Shown: in pieces, positions 1-12,301 of the stretch
Layout of the letters: each line of letters opens with the position of its first letter
Numbering within the stretch: position 1 is the stretch's first letter
Origin: Eledone cirrhosa
Lineage: Eukaryota
Assembly: GCA_964016885.1 (NCBI GenBank)
Contig: OZ024742.1
Coordinates: forward strand, 105,958,001-106,022,000
Length of the DNA stretch: 64,000 nucleotides
Direction: 5' to 3'
Translations under genes and position numbers: made by a program
The notes under the pieces: model-generated
What the model saw: the letters and a program-made list of their open reading frames with translations, nothing else
Told to the model about the DNA's origin: nothing
The model's database searches: none

Positions 1-1320
1 ATAAGGGGTGGCTCTTTTGAGCACACTCCAGGTCATATCATATTCTATATTCTTATTTTCATAACTATTGATTTTTTCTGCTAGAGATGTTGTATTAGCC
101 AGTGCGGCATTTTTAAAACTATGTTTGTGGGTATTAAACCTTGCCTTAAAATTGTTAGAAGTAGCTCCTATATATGAGCAAATAGAATCTTTAGTTTTAA
201 CATTACATTTATAAACTATGTTGTTAACAAGACAATTTCCTTTTAATGGGCAGTTTGCTTTGTTTCTACAGTTACAACCTTTCGTTAATTCTGTATTTGA
301 GGAGATATTATGGTTAGTTTGATGTATTGGTGGTATACTTATGGTATTCTTACATTTATATGCATTATAGGCACTTATATTTTGTTTTATGTTATTTGTT
401 GTTGAGTATGAGAATTTAACTGTAGACCTATTTAAGATTTGATGGTATTTGTGGTTTGGCGGGAAGTTTTTCTCTAGGATATAAAAAATTTTTTTAGCAA
501 TATTATCCTTAATTTGTAAATTAAATGGAGCATTATACCAAGTAACCCGTCTATTACGGTTTCTATGTTGTTTATTATTTTTATAGGTTGTATCGTGATG
601 TTTACTAGGAGGATTAATGTTAATGATCTCACCACGCACATTTTTAGTTAGATTTGTAGATTTAGGTGTTTTATCTTGTTTATTAGGAGTTTTATTATTA
701 ACATTTATTAGAGTTGTATGATGAGTAGTTTTTTGAGAGTTACTATAGTTTATATTAGAAGAGTTGGTATTTTGGGGTATAGTGTGGGTGGCATTTAGGT
801 GTGTACTTTTCATTTGGTGTTTGTTGGTAATATTAGGTTGTAAGTTTATAGTATTTTTAGTAGAAGGTATATATTCTAATCTATTTTTGTGGCCACTTCT
901 ATCTAGAGCTTCGTTATAGAAGGTCGCATTTTTATCAAATACATCTTGGTTAGAAGAAAGGTTAGAAATTCTAAGTGATATATTATATGCAAGGTTTTTA
1001 AGGATAGATTTAGGGTGATTAGATTGTGAGTGTATGTAGTGTAAGTTTTGGTTGGGTTTATGGTAAGGTTGGTAGATACCCGTAGCTAAGTCTAAAGTTA
1101 TATCTAGGAAATTTACTACTTTACTTGTTTTTTCAAAAGTAATATGAAGACTATAATAGTCTTTAAGGAAAGTTCTAATATGCTTTTTGTTTTTTTCTAT
1201 TTCTGAAAGGCTAAGGTTGTTGGAAAGAAGAAGACAGTCATCACGATATAAACCACCTTTAAGGTGGGGAAAGGAGGCATTTATGTTGAAAAGGAGAAAG
1301 AGGCCCACAAGATCATAATT
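1..1320 (-). CDS. Penelope-like element (Naiad-type) RT C-terminal part, linker and GIY-YIG endonuclease; 5'-truncated and runs off the window start
   Basis: Hand translation from 1320 to 1 has no stop in 440 codons: DLVGLFLL..GGLYRDDCL (RT motif 5)..VNFLDITLDL..YQPYHKPN..YIHSQSNHP..VTWYNAPF..FPPNHKYHQILNRSTVKFSYS..CNCRNKANCPLKGNCL..IVYKC..SYIGAT..FKARFNTHKHSF..W. The CxCx5C motif before the GIY-YIG is typical of Naiad PLEs. The 5' break abuts (TA)n. Confidence 0.92.
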
Positions 1321-1327
1321 GTTTATA

Positions 1328-1413
<86 letters not shown>

Positions 1414-2020
1414 TATTTTCTTGATATATTTCTTTTTTCTTTTCCTTTTCTTTTCTTTTTATTTCTAAATTTATAGATACATTTATAAATAGGCAGTCTG
1501 CTGACACCGGTGTATACTGTCCTCTTCCCCCCCCCCACCTAACTTCTGTATCTGGATCTAAATATGTGTGGCAGTGTTTATGTGCGCGCATTAATGTCCA
1601 TATGCTTATGATAATAGTATATACACATATATATGTGTGTGGGTGTGTGTGTGTGTATGTATGTTCGTGGTTGTGTGTATGTTTATGCGTATGCGTGCGT
1701 GTGTGTGTGAATGTACGTATATGTGTGAGTATATGAATGTGTGTATATATTTATTTTTATATTTATATGTATATACGTATTTTATCTGTAGATTATAAAC
1801 ATACAGAGACATTAGCCTTGAATTTTTGTATTTACATACATCTTTTTGGCATGCGTATGCATGTGAACATGTATCTTTATGCATATCTGTGAACGAAGTT
1901 AATTGCATATATACACACACCTAACTGTATAAACTTTTTGTATTTTCATTGGTCAATTTGAACTCTGTTCCCAAACAGACCTGTAATTTTGAATTGTTGT
2001 TATTATCAATAAATATATTT

Positions 2021-2170
2021 CATTATTTCTGAAGACGGCTTATATATGTGTTGGTATGTATATTTAATTTTGATAGTTTGTATAATTTTGTATAATTTTG
2101 TACATAGATCTGTTGAATATGCATGCCAATTCTAACACATATATATCCTAGAAACGATCGTTAAATAATG
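2021..2170 (+). ncRNA. Type I hammerhead ribozyme motif with long stem II (family E)
   Basis: cattattt-CTGAAGA(2029)-~115-nt stem II (tatatatgtgttgg / ctaacacatatata)-GAA(2151)-ACGATCGT (palindromic stem III)-T-aaataatg. Stem I is an 8-bp cattattt/aaataatg pairing. Confidence 0.8.
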
Positions 2171-2366
2171 AACTTTTTTTGTTTAATATAAGGAACTGTT
2201 TCATTGTTTTATTCATTATTTTTTTAATATTTTATCTCGACTCTGTATTCCGTTTATCTTTCACCGAAAGTGATTTTTCATTGCATCTTTTCTTTCCATG
2301 ATATCCGGATTACATTGAGTTCTTCATACGGATTGGACACTAATGTAAACTCTTGGTAGATTTATC

Positions 2367-2456
<90 letters not shown>

Positions 2457-2461
2457 TATAC

Positions 2462-2523
<62 letters not shown>

Positions 2524-2527
<4 letters not shown>

Positions 2528-2830
2528 AAGTTTGACCCCAACGGCAGAGCTCAAGCCGTTTCGACGGCTATTTCTGGACTAAATTAGAATTTTTAGCCTG
2601 GTGAATAAATAGCCGAACTTGTCCAGGGGGTACTTCCTTATATGGCAAGATTGTAGTTGTCAAGAGGATTGGTTAAAAATTCTAATTTAGTCAAGAAATA
2701 GCCGTCGAAACGGCTTGAGCTCTGCCGTCGGTGTCAAACTTTTTCATATTTCCCACTCTACTAACCTAAGTATTGAGTACTCTGGTGCGTTATGGTTCAT
2801 CTGGTTCCTTACCACAATTCCTTTGTTATA
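2524..2830. mobile_element. Non-autonomous PLE-pLTR-like fold-back element, family A
   Basis: Inverted arms at ~2524-2595 and ~2675-2747, followed by the family tail ...gtattgagtactctggtgcgttatgg...cctttgtta(TA)n. The minus strand 2535-2631 carries an HHR scaffold with a decayed core (CTGGACAAG). Confidence 0.75.
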
Positions 2831-3032
2831 TATATATATATATATAAAGTTATGAAACGAAAGGAGCTGTGTGGTTACTAAAAACAAGGTTTAGGATGGT
2901 GGTTAGGACGGAACAGGAGGAGAAAGGAAGAAAGGAGTTTCCATCGTCAGCTGTAGATGTTTCGGCGCTGAATTACAGGACATCGGTGTAGTTCGGGTGC
3001 GATACATATATGTGTGTATATATGTATATATG

Positions 3033-3137
<105 letters not shown>

Positions 3138-3253
3138 TGTACGACTGTTCTGATTTTTAAAAATATTTATTAATTTTATATTATACACCAAGACGACTGC
3201 AAAATAATGCAGACGAGTATATGAATGCATTCACCCCTCCGCCCACGTATGTA

Positions 3254-3334
<81 letters not shown>

Positions 3335-4573
3335 ATAATTAAAAATTATGACAATATAATTAACAAGAAAAATGAATTATTCAGCAGCTGCCAACATAAA
3401 TCGGTTAAACATTCCAGGCATTGTACAAGTTTCGAAAAAATATTGACAATTAATAATTTTATTGATAATTTTAAAAATATATATATAATTTTTGCCTTAC
3501 TGAGGTAATAATTTATTGATGTTTTATCTATTAAAATAATTTCATTAAGAGTCTCTGTATCCTATGTTTTGATTAGGACAGTTAATATTTAACTAGACAA
3601 TTGTTGATTTATGGTTTAGAAATATCACTAGATTTCAGAGTGGATACATGGTTTAAATGTTCACATATGGTGAATGAGTTATCTTCCTTTTGTTTACATT
3701 CTTCGTAAATATTTTTATTCTGTTTGAATAGCTTGCTAAATTATATTTGATATGAATTATGTAGTTTAATAATATAAGAATATCTTTAAAAAGAAACTAT
3801 AATAATATGTAATTACAGACCTGTAATTATATGATAATTAAAGAATGGAATTGATTTTATAAAGAGAATATCCTATTTAAATAAAATAATTCGGATAAAA
3901 AATGATCTTAATATATTATATATATTGATGGTGATATATGCATGTATTTTAATATATATTTTAATGCATGTTTAATAATTATTTAAATTTGCTTTAAAGA
4001 TAACATTTTTTAAAAGTTGTAACAAAATACTTAAGGAATATATTACCTAAACCAAAAATTATAACCTATAATGAGTTAAATTAAATTATATAAATTTTTA
4101 ATTAAACTGATTATACGGCTATAAAATAGAATGTATATTGATTAATTTTGATATAATATATAAGTATAATTAGCTTAACCATAAACAAATACAAGAGATA
4201 TTCAATGGTTTATGGTAATTGATTGGTTGCCTCAATTGACCTAATATTTGAAAACAACGGGTTTTTCTATCTATCCCCCTATATTTTATGTTCCCTCTCT
4301 TTTGTCGTTATTTCTCCTTTCTTCTTTTTTTATATATTTCTTCCTCTATTTATTTATTTTTATTCATTTAAATATTTATGTATCTATTTATTTATTTTGT
4401 CTTGCCTTCCTCCTCTTTATACCCTCTCTTATATCTCTAATTCGCTCCACGACCTTTTCTTCTTTAAGCTTATCATATTATTATTTGTGGTATATAAATG
4501 TTGAGATTTGATGAAATAAATCACTGCCAATACAGGAATTGAACTAGAGGTAGGTCATATATCAAATCATATA

Positions 4574-4635
4574 TTTTATCTGACGAGGAGGTACTGAAAA
4601 AACAACACAGTACCTTCGAAATATATATAATAAAG
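4574..4635 (+). ncRNA. Minimal type I hammerhead ribozyme (family C)
   Basis: ttttat-CTGACGA-ggaggtactg[aaaaaacaaca]cagtaccttc-GAA-ATATATAT-A-ataaag. Canonical core, palindromic stem III, AUA cleavage triplet. Confidence 0.82.
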
Positions 4636-4702
4636 CATATATTTTGATTATGTGAATATCTTCATTTGTAAATATTTTGAATAATATATATATACTATAT
4701 AA

Positions 4703-4770
<68 letters not shown>

Positions 4771-4927
4771 GAAAAAAATGAAAACGAAATTTCATTTCTC
4801 ACTCTTAGTATGGCACTTACTTAAATGTAAGTATGTATGTATACGTACATACATATATGTATACAGACGTACAGTAGCATGCACATATATATATACATAT
4901 ATATACATATACATACATATATATATA

Positions 4928-4958
<31 letters not shown>

Positions 4959-5139
4959 ACACATACATACACACATACACATATACATACAGGTACACAT
5001 ACATATATGCACGCATCAGTTTAGCGGACGCTTATTATAACGCCGCTTTGTTCGTTTGTAAACAAACTGAACAGCCGGAATTTATGCCATACGGTGTTAA
5101 GGCAACCACGTCACCTTTTTGTTCAACACTGACACAGGA

Positions 5140-5182
5140 ACGATGTACTAGTTTCAAGCTTGTTAGCTATCATCAGCACCGT
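5140..5182 (-). ncRNA. Minimal hammerhead ribozyme (family T)
   Basis: Reverse complement reads acggtg-CTGATGA-tagc taacaa gctt-GAA-ACTAGT-A-catcgt. Confidence 0.87.
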
Positions 5183-5432
5183 ATACCCATCTGCCAGATA
5201 GTTGAACGTTCAAAAGTATATACTTTCCCTATGAAAATTAACGGCTGAGCAGCCTAATTTGCATATTGAGTGAGTTAAATCGGTCAGGCATACCGAAAAC
5301 GATAAGTTGAAAAAAATGAAAACGAAATTTCATTTTTCACTCTTAGTATGGCACTTACTTAAATGTAAGTATGTATGTAAACGTACATACATAAATGTAT
5401 ACAGACGTACAGTAGCATGCATATATATATAC

Positions 5433-5537
<105 letters not shown>

Positions 5538-5990
5538 CAGATACATACACATATATACATACAGGTACACATACATATATGCACGCATCAGTTTAGCGGA
5601 CGCTTATTATAACGCCGCTTTGTTATAATACATACACCGTATGTGTACCTGTATGTATATGTGTATGTGTGTATGTATGTGTATGTATATATATATATAT
5701 ATATATGTGTATATATATATGTATGTATATGTATATATATGTATATATATGTGCATGCTACTGTACGTCTGTATACATATATGTATGTACGTATACATAC
5801 ATACTTACATTTAAGTAAGTGCCATACTAAGAGTGAGAAATGAAATTTCGTTTTCATTTTTTTCAACTTATCGTTTTCGGTATGCCTGACCGATTTAACT
5901 CACTCAATATGCAAATTAGGCTGCTCAGCCGTTAATTTTCATAAGGAAAGTATATACTTTTGAACGTTCAACTATGTGGCAGATGGGTAT

Positions 5991-6033
5991 ACGGTGCTGA
6001 TGATAGCTAACAAGCTTGAAACTAGTACATCGT
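5991..6033 (+). ncRNA. Minimal hammerhead ribozyme (family T)
   Basis: acggtg-CTGATGA-tagctaacaagctt-GAA-ACTAGT-A-catcgt. 6-bp stem I with one G-U pair, palindromic ACUAGU stem III, GUA triplet. Confidence 0.87.
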
Positions 6034-6201
6034 TCCTGTGTCAGTGTTGAACAAAAAGGTGACGTGGTTGCCTTAACACCGTATGGCATAAATTCCGGCT
6101 GTTCAGTTTGTTTACAAACGAACAAAGCGGCGTTATAATAAGCGTCCGCTAAACTGATGCGTGCATATATGTATGTGTACCTGTATGTATATATGTGTAT
6201 G

Positions 6202-6333
<132 letters not shown>

Positions 6334-6571
6334 GCATGCTACTGTACGTCTGTATACATATATGTATGTACGTATACATACATACTTACATTTAAGTAAG
6401 TGCCATACTAAGAGTGACAAATGAAATTTCGTTTTCATTTTTTTCAACTTATCGTTTTCGGTATGCCTGACCGATTTCACTCACTCAATATGCAAATTAG
6501 GCTGCTCAGCCGTTAATTTTCATAAGGAAAGTATATACTTTCGAACGTTCAACTATCTGGCAGATGGGTAT

Positions 6572-6614
6572 ACGGTGCTGATGATAGCTAACAAGCTTGA
6601 AACTAGTACATCGT
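6572..6614 (+). ncRNA. Minimal hammerhead ribozyme (family T)
   Basis: Identical motif to 5991-6033, located 581 nt downstream on the same strand. Confidence 0.87.
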
Positions 6615-6794
6615 TCCTGTGTCAGTGTTGAACAAAAAGGTGACGTGGTTGCCTTAACACCGTATGGCATAAATTCAGGCTGTTCAGTTTGTTTACAAAC
6701 GAACAAAGCGGCGTTATAATAAGCGTCCGCTAAACTGATGCGTGCATATATGTATGTGTACCTGTATGTATATGTGTATGTGTGTATGTATGTG

Positions 6795-6833
<39 letters not shown>

Positions 6834-6947
6834 ATATATATATGTATGTAAATGTATATATATGTATATATATATGTGCATGCTACTGTACGTCTGTATA
6901 CATATATGTATGTACGTATACATACATACTTACATATATATATATAT

Positions 6948-7750
6948 ATTGTTATGCTTTGGGAGGGGCATGTTGCCAATAAGAAACACACGGACCAGTT
7001 GCTTTCACTTCAATTTATTAATTTCTAAATTTATAAAGTTAGGAATTTCCAGAGACAGCTCGTAGTATAGGGGAACAGATAAATGAACACTGGCGAGAGC
7101 TTCAAGATAGTAAAGAATCATCTGTACTCCACCAACATGCTAAAATTGAACATAAGGGTAAATTATAGAACATAGAAATAAAAATAGAATCTACACACAG
7201 AAAAGACGCAAAGTTTAGACAAATCACAGAGGCAATAAACATAAATGAACTCCAACCAAAATTAAATAGAAAACATGAATGGAACAGCAACATCACAACT
7301 TACAATTAAGGACAAAATGAAAACACACGCATAGAACAAACAACCAATCAGTAACATGTAAATAAACAAATAAATAAACAAATATAAACACACACAGACA
7401 CCCGGATGTAACACATGCACAACACACACAAAAACAAGATGGCGTAGGACAGAACAAAGGAGAGGCACAAAAACAAAGAAAAGAATCCCCAGTCACTGAA
7501 GAGGTCACAGAATGTATGACGAAAGAACTTTGACAATATATGAACAATCGCCTGGTTGTGAAACCAACCAACCAACCAACCGGAAATTTATAAATTCCTA
7601 AATTTATAAATTTAATTTATAATAAATTGAAGTGAAACATTGGTGCGTGTGTTTCTTATTGGCAACATGACCCTCCCAAAGTATAACAATATCGGTTTCA
7701 ACACACGTTTTCAGATAAAGAATCTTGCTAAACAAATTCAGAAACGAAAT
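6948..7750 (+). mobile_element. 5'-truncated Penelope-like element: inverted pLTR piece, GIY-YIG C-terminus and 3' pLTR (family D)
   Basis: 7052-7309 translates ETARSIGEQINEHWRELQDSKESSVLHQHAKIEHKG..*..RQITEAININELQPKLNRKHEW (GIY-YIG C-terminal half, one stop). 6948-7050 is an inverted copy of ~7580-7690. The element ends in (TA)n. Confidence 0.8.
7492..7534 (+). ncRNA. Minimal hammerhead-like motif (family D)
   Basis: gtca-CTGAAGA-ggtca..tgac-GAA-AGAACT-T-tgac, about 180 nt downstream of the GIY-YIG stop codon. Confidence 0.6.
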
Positions 7751-8584
7751 ATATATATGTATATATATACATACGTGTGTGTGCGGGGTGGGTGGGGGGG
7801 GGATGCATTCATACACTCGTCTGCATAATATATATATATAGGAGTACGTATGTATATTTAGTCAGGCCGCTCGTGAGCACTACTAGAACATGTAATCCAG
7901 TACAACCTTTGCATGGGTGGGTCTTAGGTGTCTACATAGGCAACCCCACCAAGCCTGCTTGATGGAACCCCGCCAAGCCTGCTTGATGGGGAAGGAGATT
8001 TTTGTACACCCCGCAAGCTATAAAACAAACCCCGTAAAAAAAGCAGATAAACTAATGAGAATCAATGACAATCCAATAGTGTGTGTGCATGTCAGTGTGC
8101 ATACATGTATATTTACATGTATATGTAAATGCAGATAAGAGAAGGTTACTTTTACACGAAACCTGCGTTGTCTGCAGTCTCTGGCCATCTCGTTTTGTTT
8201 GTGTTTGTTGTTTCAAACATTTAAATAGTGGCCCACATGTCAAACACTTTGGGCTATAAAATTTAATGTGATGATACTTTCTAAGTGCCACTTTTGGGCT
8301 ATAACATTTGATGTGATGACACATTTTAAGTGGCACTTTTTATACTCCATCATCTGAACGCAAATCAGAATTGAATCTTTTGGGATCCTGATACAGTTCT
8401 TTTGCTTTGGCAACCGAGGAAGCATGTGCCTCTATAAAAACCTTACACCACCATTTCAGTAGGTTCCTGACACGGTTGATGTAATATAAGTGGGCGTAGT
8501 CGTGATTCTCCCTTCAATGTGTTCCTGCGTACTATGGTTGAAGTGCTGGAAGGTAAGTGCGAGTGAGAGCATGTCTGCGTGTGC

Positions 8585-8654
<70 letters not shown>

Positions 8655-8798
8655 CTTTTCAGTTTTGTATGGCTTCTTAACACATTGTTTAGCTCTGGTT
8701 TTTAACTATTGAGCACTTTGCCAGTATCATTTCTGAATTTTGCGTTTTGCTTCGCTTTTCCTGCCCATCGAAAATACGATTCTCGCTGAATCTCTATT

Positions 8799-8849
<51 letters not shown>

Positions 8850-8851
8850 GG

Positions 8852-8900
8852 GCTTCCTGATGATTTCTCCCGAATGAAACAGTTCTAGTCCTGTAGAAGC
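8852..8900 (+). ncRNA. Type I hammerhead ribozyme (family B); element extends to ~8980
   Basis: gcttc-CTGATGA-tttc tccc gaat-GAA-ACAG ttctagtc CTGT-A-gaagc. Confidence 0.85.
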
Positions 8901-8980
8901 AATTTCTATATTAAATATTTATACTCTGCTTTGTATTGAGTGCCTTTCTGTGGTTACCCCGATTGAACCCGGGATAAACT

Positions 8981-9150
<170 letters not shown>

Positions 9151-10308
9151 AATATAGGGACAAAAGTGGAAGGACTTGCTATTGGTATTCTCGCAATAAT
9201 TCTTTTCTCTTTATCTTTTGCTTTTTAATTTTCCCTCTCTCCCTCTTACTTAGTCTTTCTTCTTTTATTGCAATCTATCTTATTCTATCTGTCTGTCTTT
9301 CCCACTTCTTTTCTCCTCCTCCTCTTTCACTTTTTCTTACTCTCTCTTCTATCTCTCTCACTTTATTTCAATATATTTTGTTCTTGTTTTTCGAAATTCC
9401 GTGACATTATGCAGCTGTCTGATTCGTTGCTGAAGATGTACAGGCTACAGTCTCGAACAATTCACTCGTACCTGTATCCTCTCACACCACAACATCAAAT
9501 TCTCAACAGACCCTTCAGTATATTTACATTGCTTCTATATCAAGATCCACCATCATTCTAACCCCACCTTCTCTCTTCCATTATAACTAGTATTAACACT
9601 ATAACACACTATAACACAACCACCACCATCATTACTTGTACAGCTACCAAGAGCCCCAACACAATCACCCACTAACAACCACCGCGACCACTATCACCGC
9701 CTTCACTATTACAACTGAGTAAACGCCACCATCACCATCACCATCACCACAACAACACCAACAACAACTACTATAATCACAACAGTCATTCATACGCAAT
9801 GCCCGTTCAATAACACTGTTTGCTTCTGTTTCTATTTGATTTCTTTTGTTTCTCCTTTGTTTAAGACTCTCATTGACCTCATCATAGATTTTGTCAGAAG
9901 ATCTTGAAGCCATCACTTTCATCCGGATTAGTAGAAGACACCGTGATGGGAGGTGAAAATGAAGAGCTCTTAGCTTCATTTTCGTTACGTTTTGTTACTC
10001 TTAACAACGCACATTTGTTTATTCCTGTTAAAGACAACTGTTTAACTTACAGCTTCTAGCTGTTAACACGTTACATCACTTTATCCCCCCATTCCACCCA
10101 CGCCACCCTACATCGGAAGCTGAAATGAATATGATGAATAACAAGTAGGTGCTGCGAAAGGAACGCTTATCTAATTATCTATCTATAGGTCTATCTTTCT
10201 ACCTACCCAGCCATCTATCAGTCTATCTACCGGTCCATATGTTTCTTCTTTATCTACCTATATATCTACTTGTGATCTCTCTCTCTCTCTCTCTCCCTCT
10301 CTCTCTCC

Positions 10309-10387
<79 letters not shown>

Positions 10388-10420
10388 ATATATACACATA
10401 TATATATATATATATATATA

Positions 10421-10618
10421 TAACGAAGGAAGTGTAGTAAGGAACCAGGTGGACCATAACGCACCAGAGTACTCGATGCTTTGGGTAGTAGAGTGGGTAA
10501 CAGGAAAAGGTTCAGGACCCCGACGGCAGAGCTCAAGCCACTTCGGTGGGTATTTCTGGACAGAAATAGCCGTCGAAACGGCTTAAGCTCTGCCATCGGG
10601 GTCCTGAACCTTTTCCTA
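10421..10618 (-). mobile_element. Family A fold-back element
   Basis: Family A tail plus hairpin arms 10502-10558 and 10561-10617, between (TA)n tracts. Confidence 0.8.
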
Positions 10619-10654
10619 TATATATATATAGAGCGATATATATAGATATATACA

Positions 10655-10771
<117 letters not shown>

Positions 10772-10869
10772 TATATATATATATATATACAGTATATATA
10801 CAGTATATATATATACAGTATATATATATATATATATACAGTATATATATATATATATATATATATACA

Positions 10870-10932
<63 letters not shown>

Positions 10933-11019
10933 TATATAGATAGATAGATAGATAGATATAGATATATATATTATTCAAAATATTAATAAATGAAGACATT
11001 CACATAATCAAAATATATG

Positions 11020-11081
11020 TTTTATTATATATATTTCGAAGGTACTGTGGTGTTTTTTCAGTATGTCCTCGTCAGATAAAA
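11020..11081 (-). ncRNA. Minimal hammerhead ribozyme (family C) inside an inverted repeat (10970-11010 / 11136-11177)
   Basis: Reverse complement reads ttttat-CTGACGA-ggacatactg..cagtaccttc-GAA-ATATATAT-A-ataaaa. Confidence 0.8.
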
Positions 11082-11281
11082 TACACGAATTGATGTATGA
11101 CATACCTCAACGGTCTTGATGGTTCAATTCCAGTATTGATTATGTGAATGTCTTCATTTATTAATATTTTGAATAATAATTCCAGAAAACTTCATTGCAG
11201 AGTGCTTTTAATCTATTGTAAAACTATATTAATTGAGTAATCAATGAACCATATTAATCTTTGGTCATATCTATCTATCTA

Positions 11282-11334
<53 letters not shown>

Positions 11335-11360
11335 CATATATAGTTTTAATATATAGATGA

Positions 11361-11409
11361 GATTCTACAGGACTAAAACTGTTTCATTCTTTAGAAATCA
11401 TCACGAATC
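11361..11409 (-). ncRNA. Family B hammerhead, probably inactive (C3 to G)
   Basis: Reverse complement reads gattc-GTGATGA-tttc taaa gaat-GAA-ACAG..CTGT-A-gaatc. Confidence 0.6.
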
Positions 11410-11485
11410 TGGCTATCCAAAATAAATGTTGTGGTATTTATATCTTTTCATGTGGTAGGAGAGGGTGGGGAGTGGGATGGGTGGA

Positions 11486-11830
11486 GGTCATTGGTTGAAA
11501 GAAAAGGGAATTCATTAAAAGCTAATTCTTTAAGGCTATAATTTATATTTAGACAAAGACAGAAAGAATTCTATAAACAAATTCAAATTGGGGTGCCACT
11601 CCTTATTTTTAAGTTTCTCTTAGGCTAACAATGCCTATATTTCAGGTGTCTATAAGATGGTTGGGGGTCGGTCATAGGTGATGGATTTAAAGAAAAGGGA
11701 AATTCTTTAAAAGGTAATTCTTTAAAGCTCTACTTAGAGTGACTAAGTCCAAGAGAATTCTATAAACCAGTTCAAATATTGGGTGCCTATCATTATTGTC
11801 ATGTTTCTCTTAAGCTATATTTCAGGTGTC
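11486..11830. repeat. Diverged tandem duplication of a ~180-bp unit
   Basis: ggtcat..aaagaaaaggga..aattctttaa..gaattctataaac..tatatttcaggtgtc occurs at 11486-11650 and again at 11670-11830. Confidence 0.7.
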
Positions 11831-11834
11831 AACA

Positions 11835-11953
<119 letters not shown>

Positions 11954-12301
11954 CTCTCTCTCTATATATATATATGTGTAGGTACATATAGTGAGTCTGT
12001 GTAGTTATATGATGTGATACGTATATAGAGGAATAAGAATAACAAACGGTTGGATATGTGAACAGTGTGTGAAATAGATAGATATATTTCTTTATTTACC
12101 ATAAAGGCATAAAAAGAAAGGACAAATACAAAGGGGGAGTTTACATAAAACCGAGTAAAAATGGTATAAAATGAAAATAATCGAAAACAACCTCAAAAGG
12201 TAGGTGACGTAATGGGATTTTCACACACACCCGAAAAAGTGTGCAATCCTTTGCCCGGGGAGCACATGGAGAAGGTGCTCCCCTCTCCTTCACTTCTTTA
12301 C

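Noticed and set aside
1-400. Selenocysteine (UGA) codons, known from some Naiad GIY-YIG domains
   Set aside because: No in-frame TGA in the visible frame; the C-terminus and any SECIS element lie outside the window.
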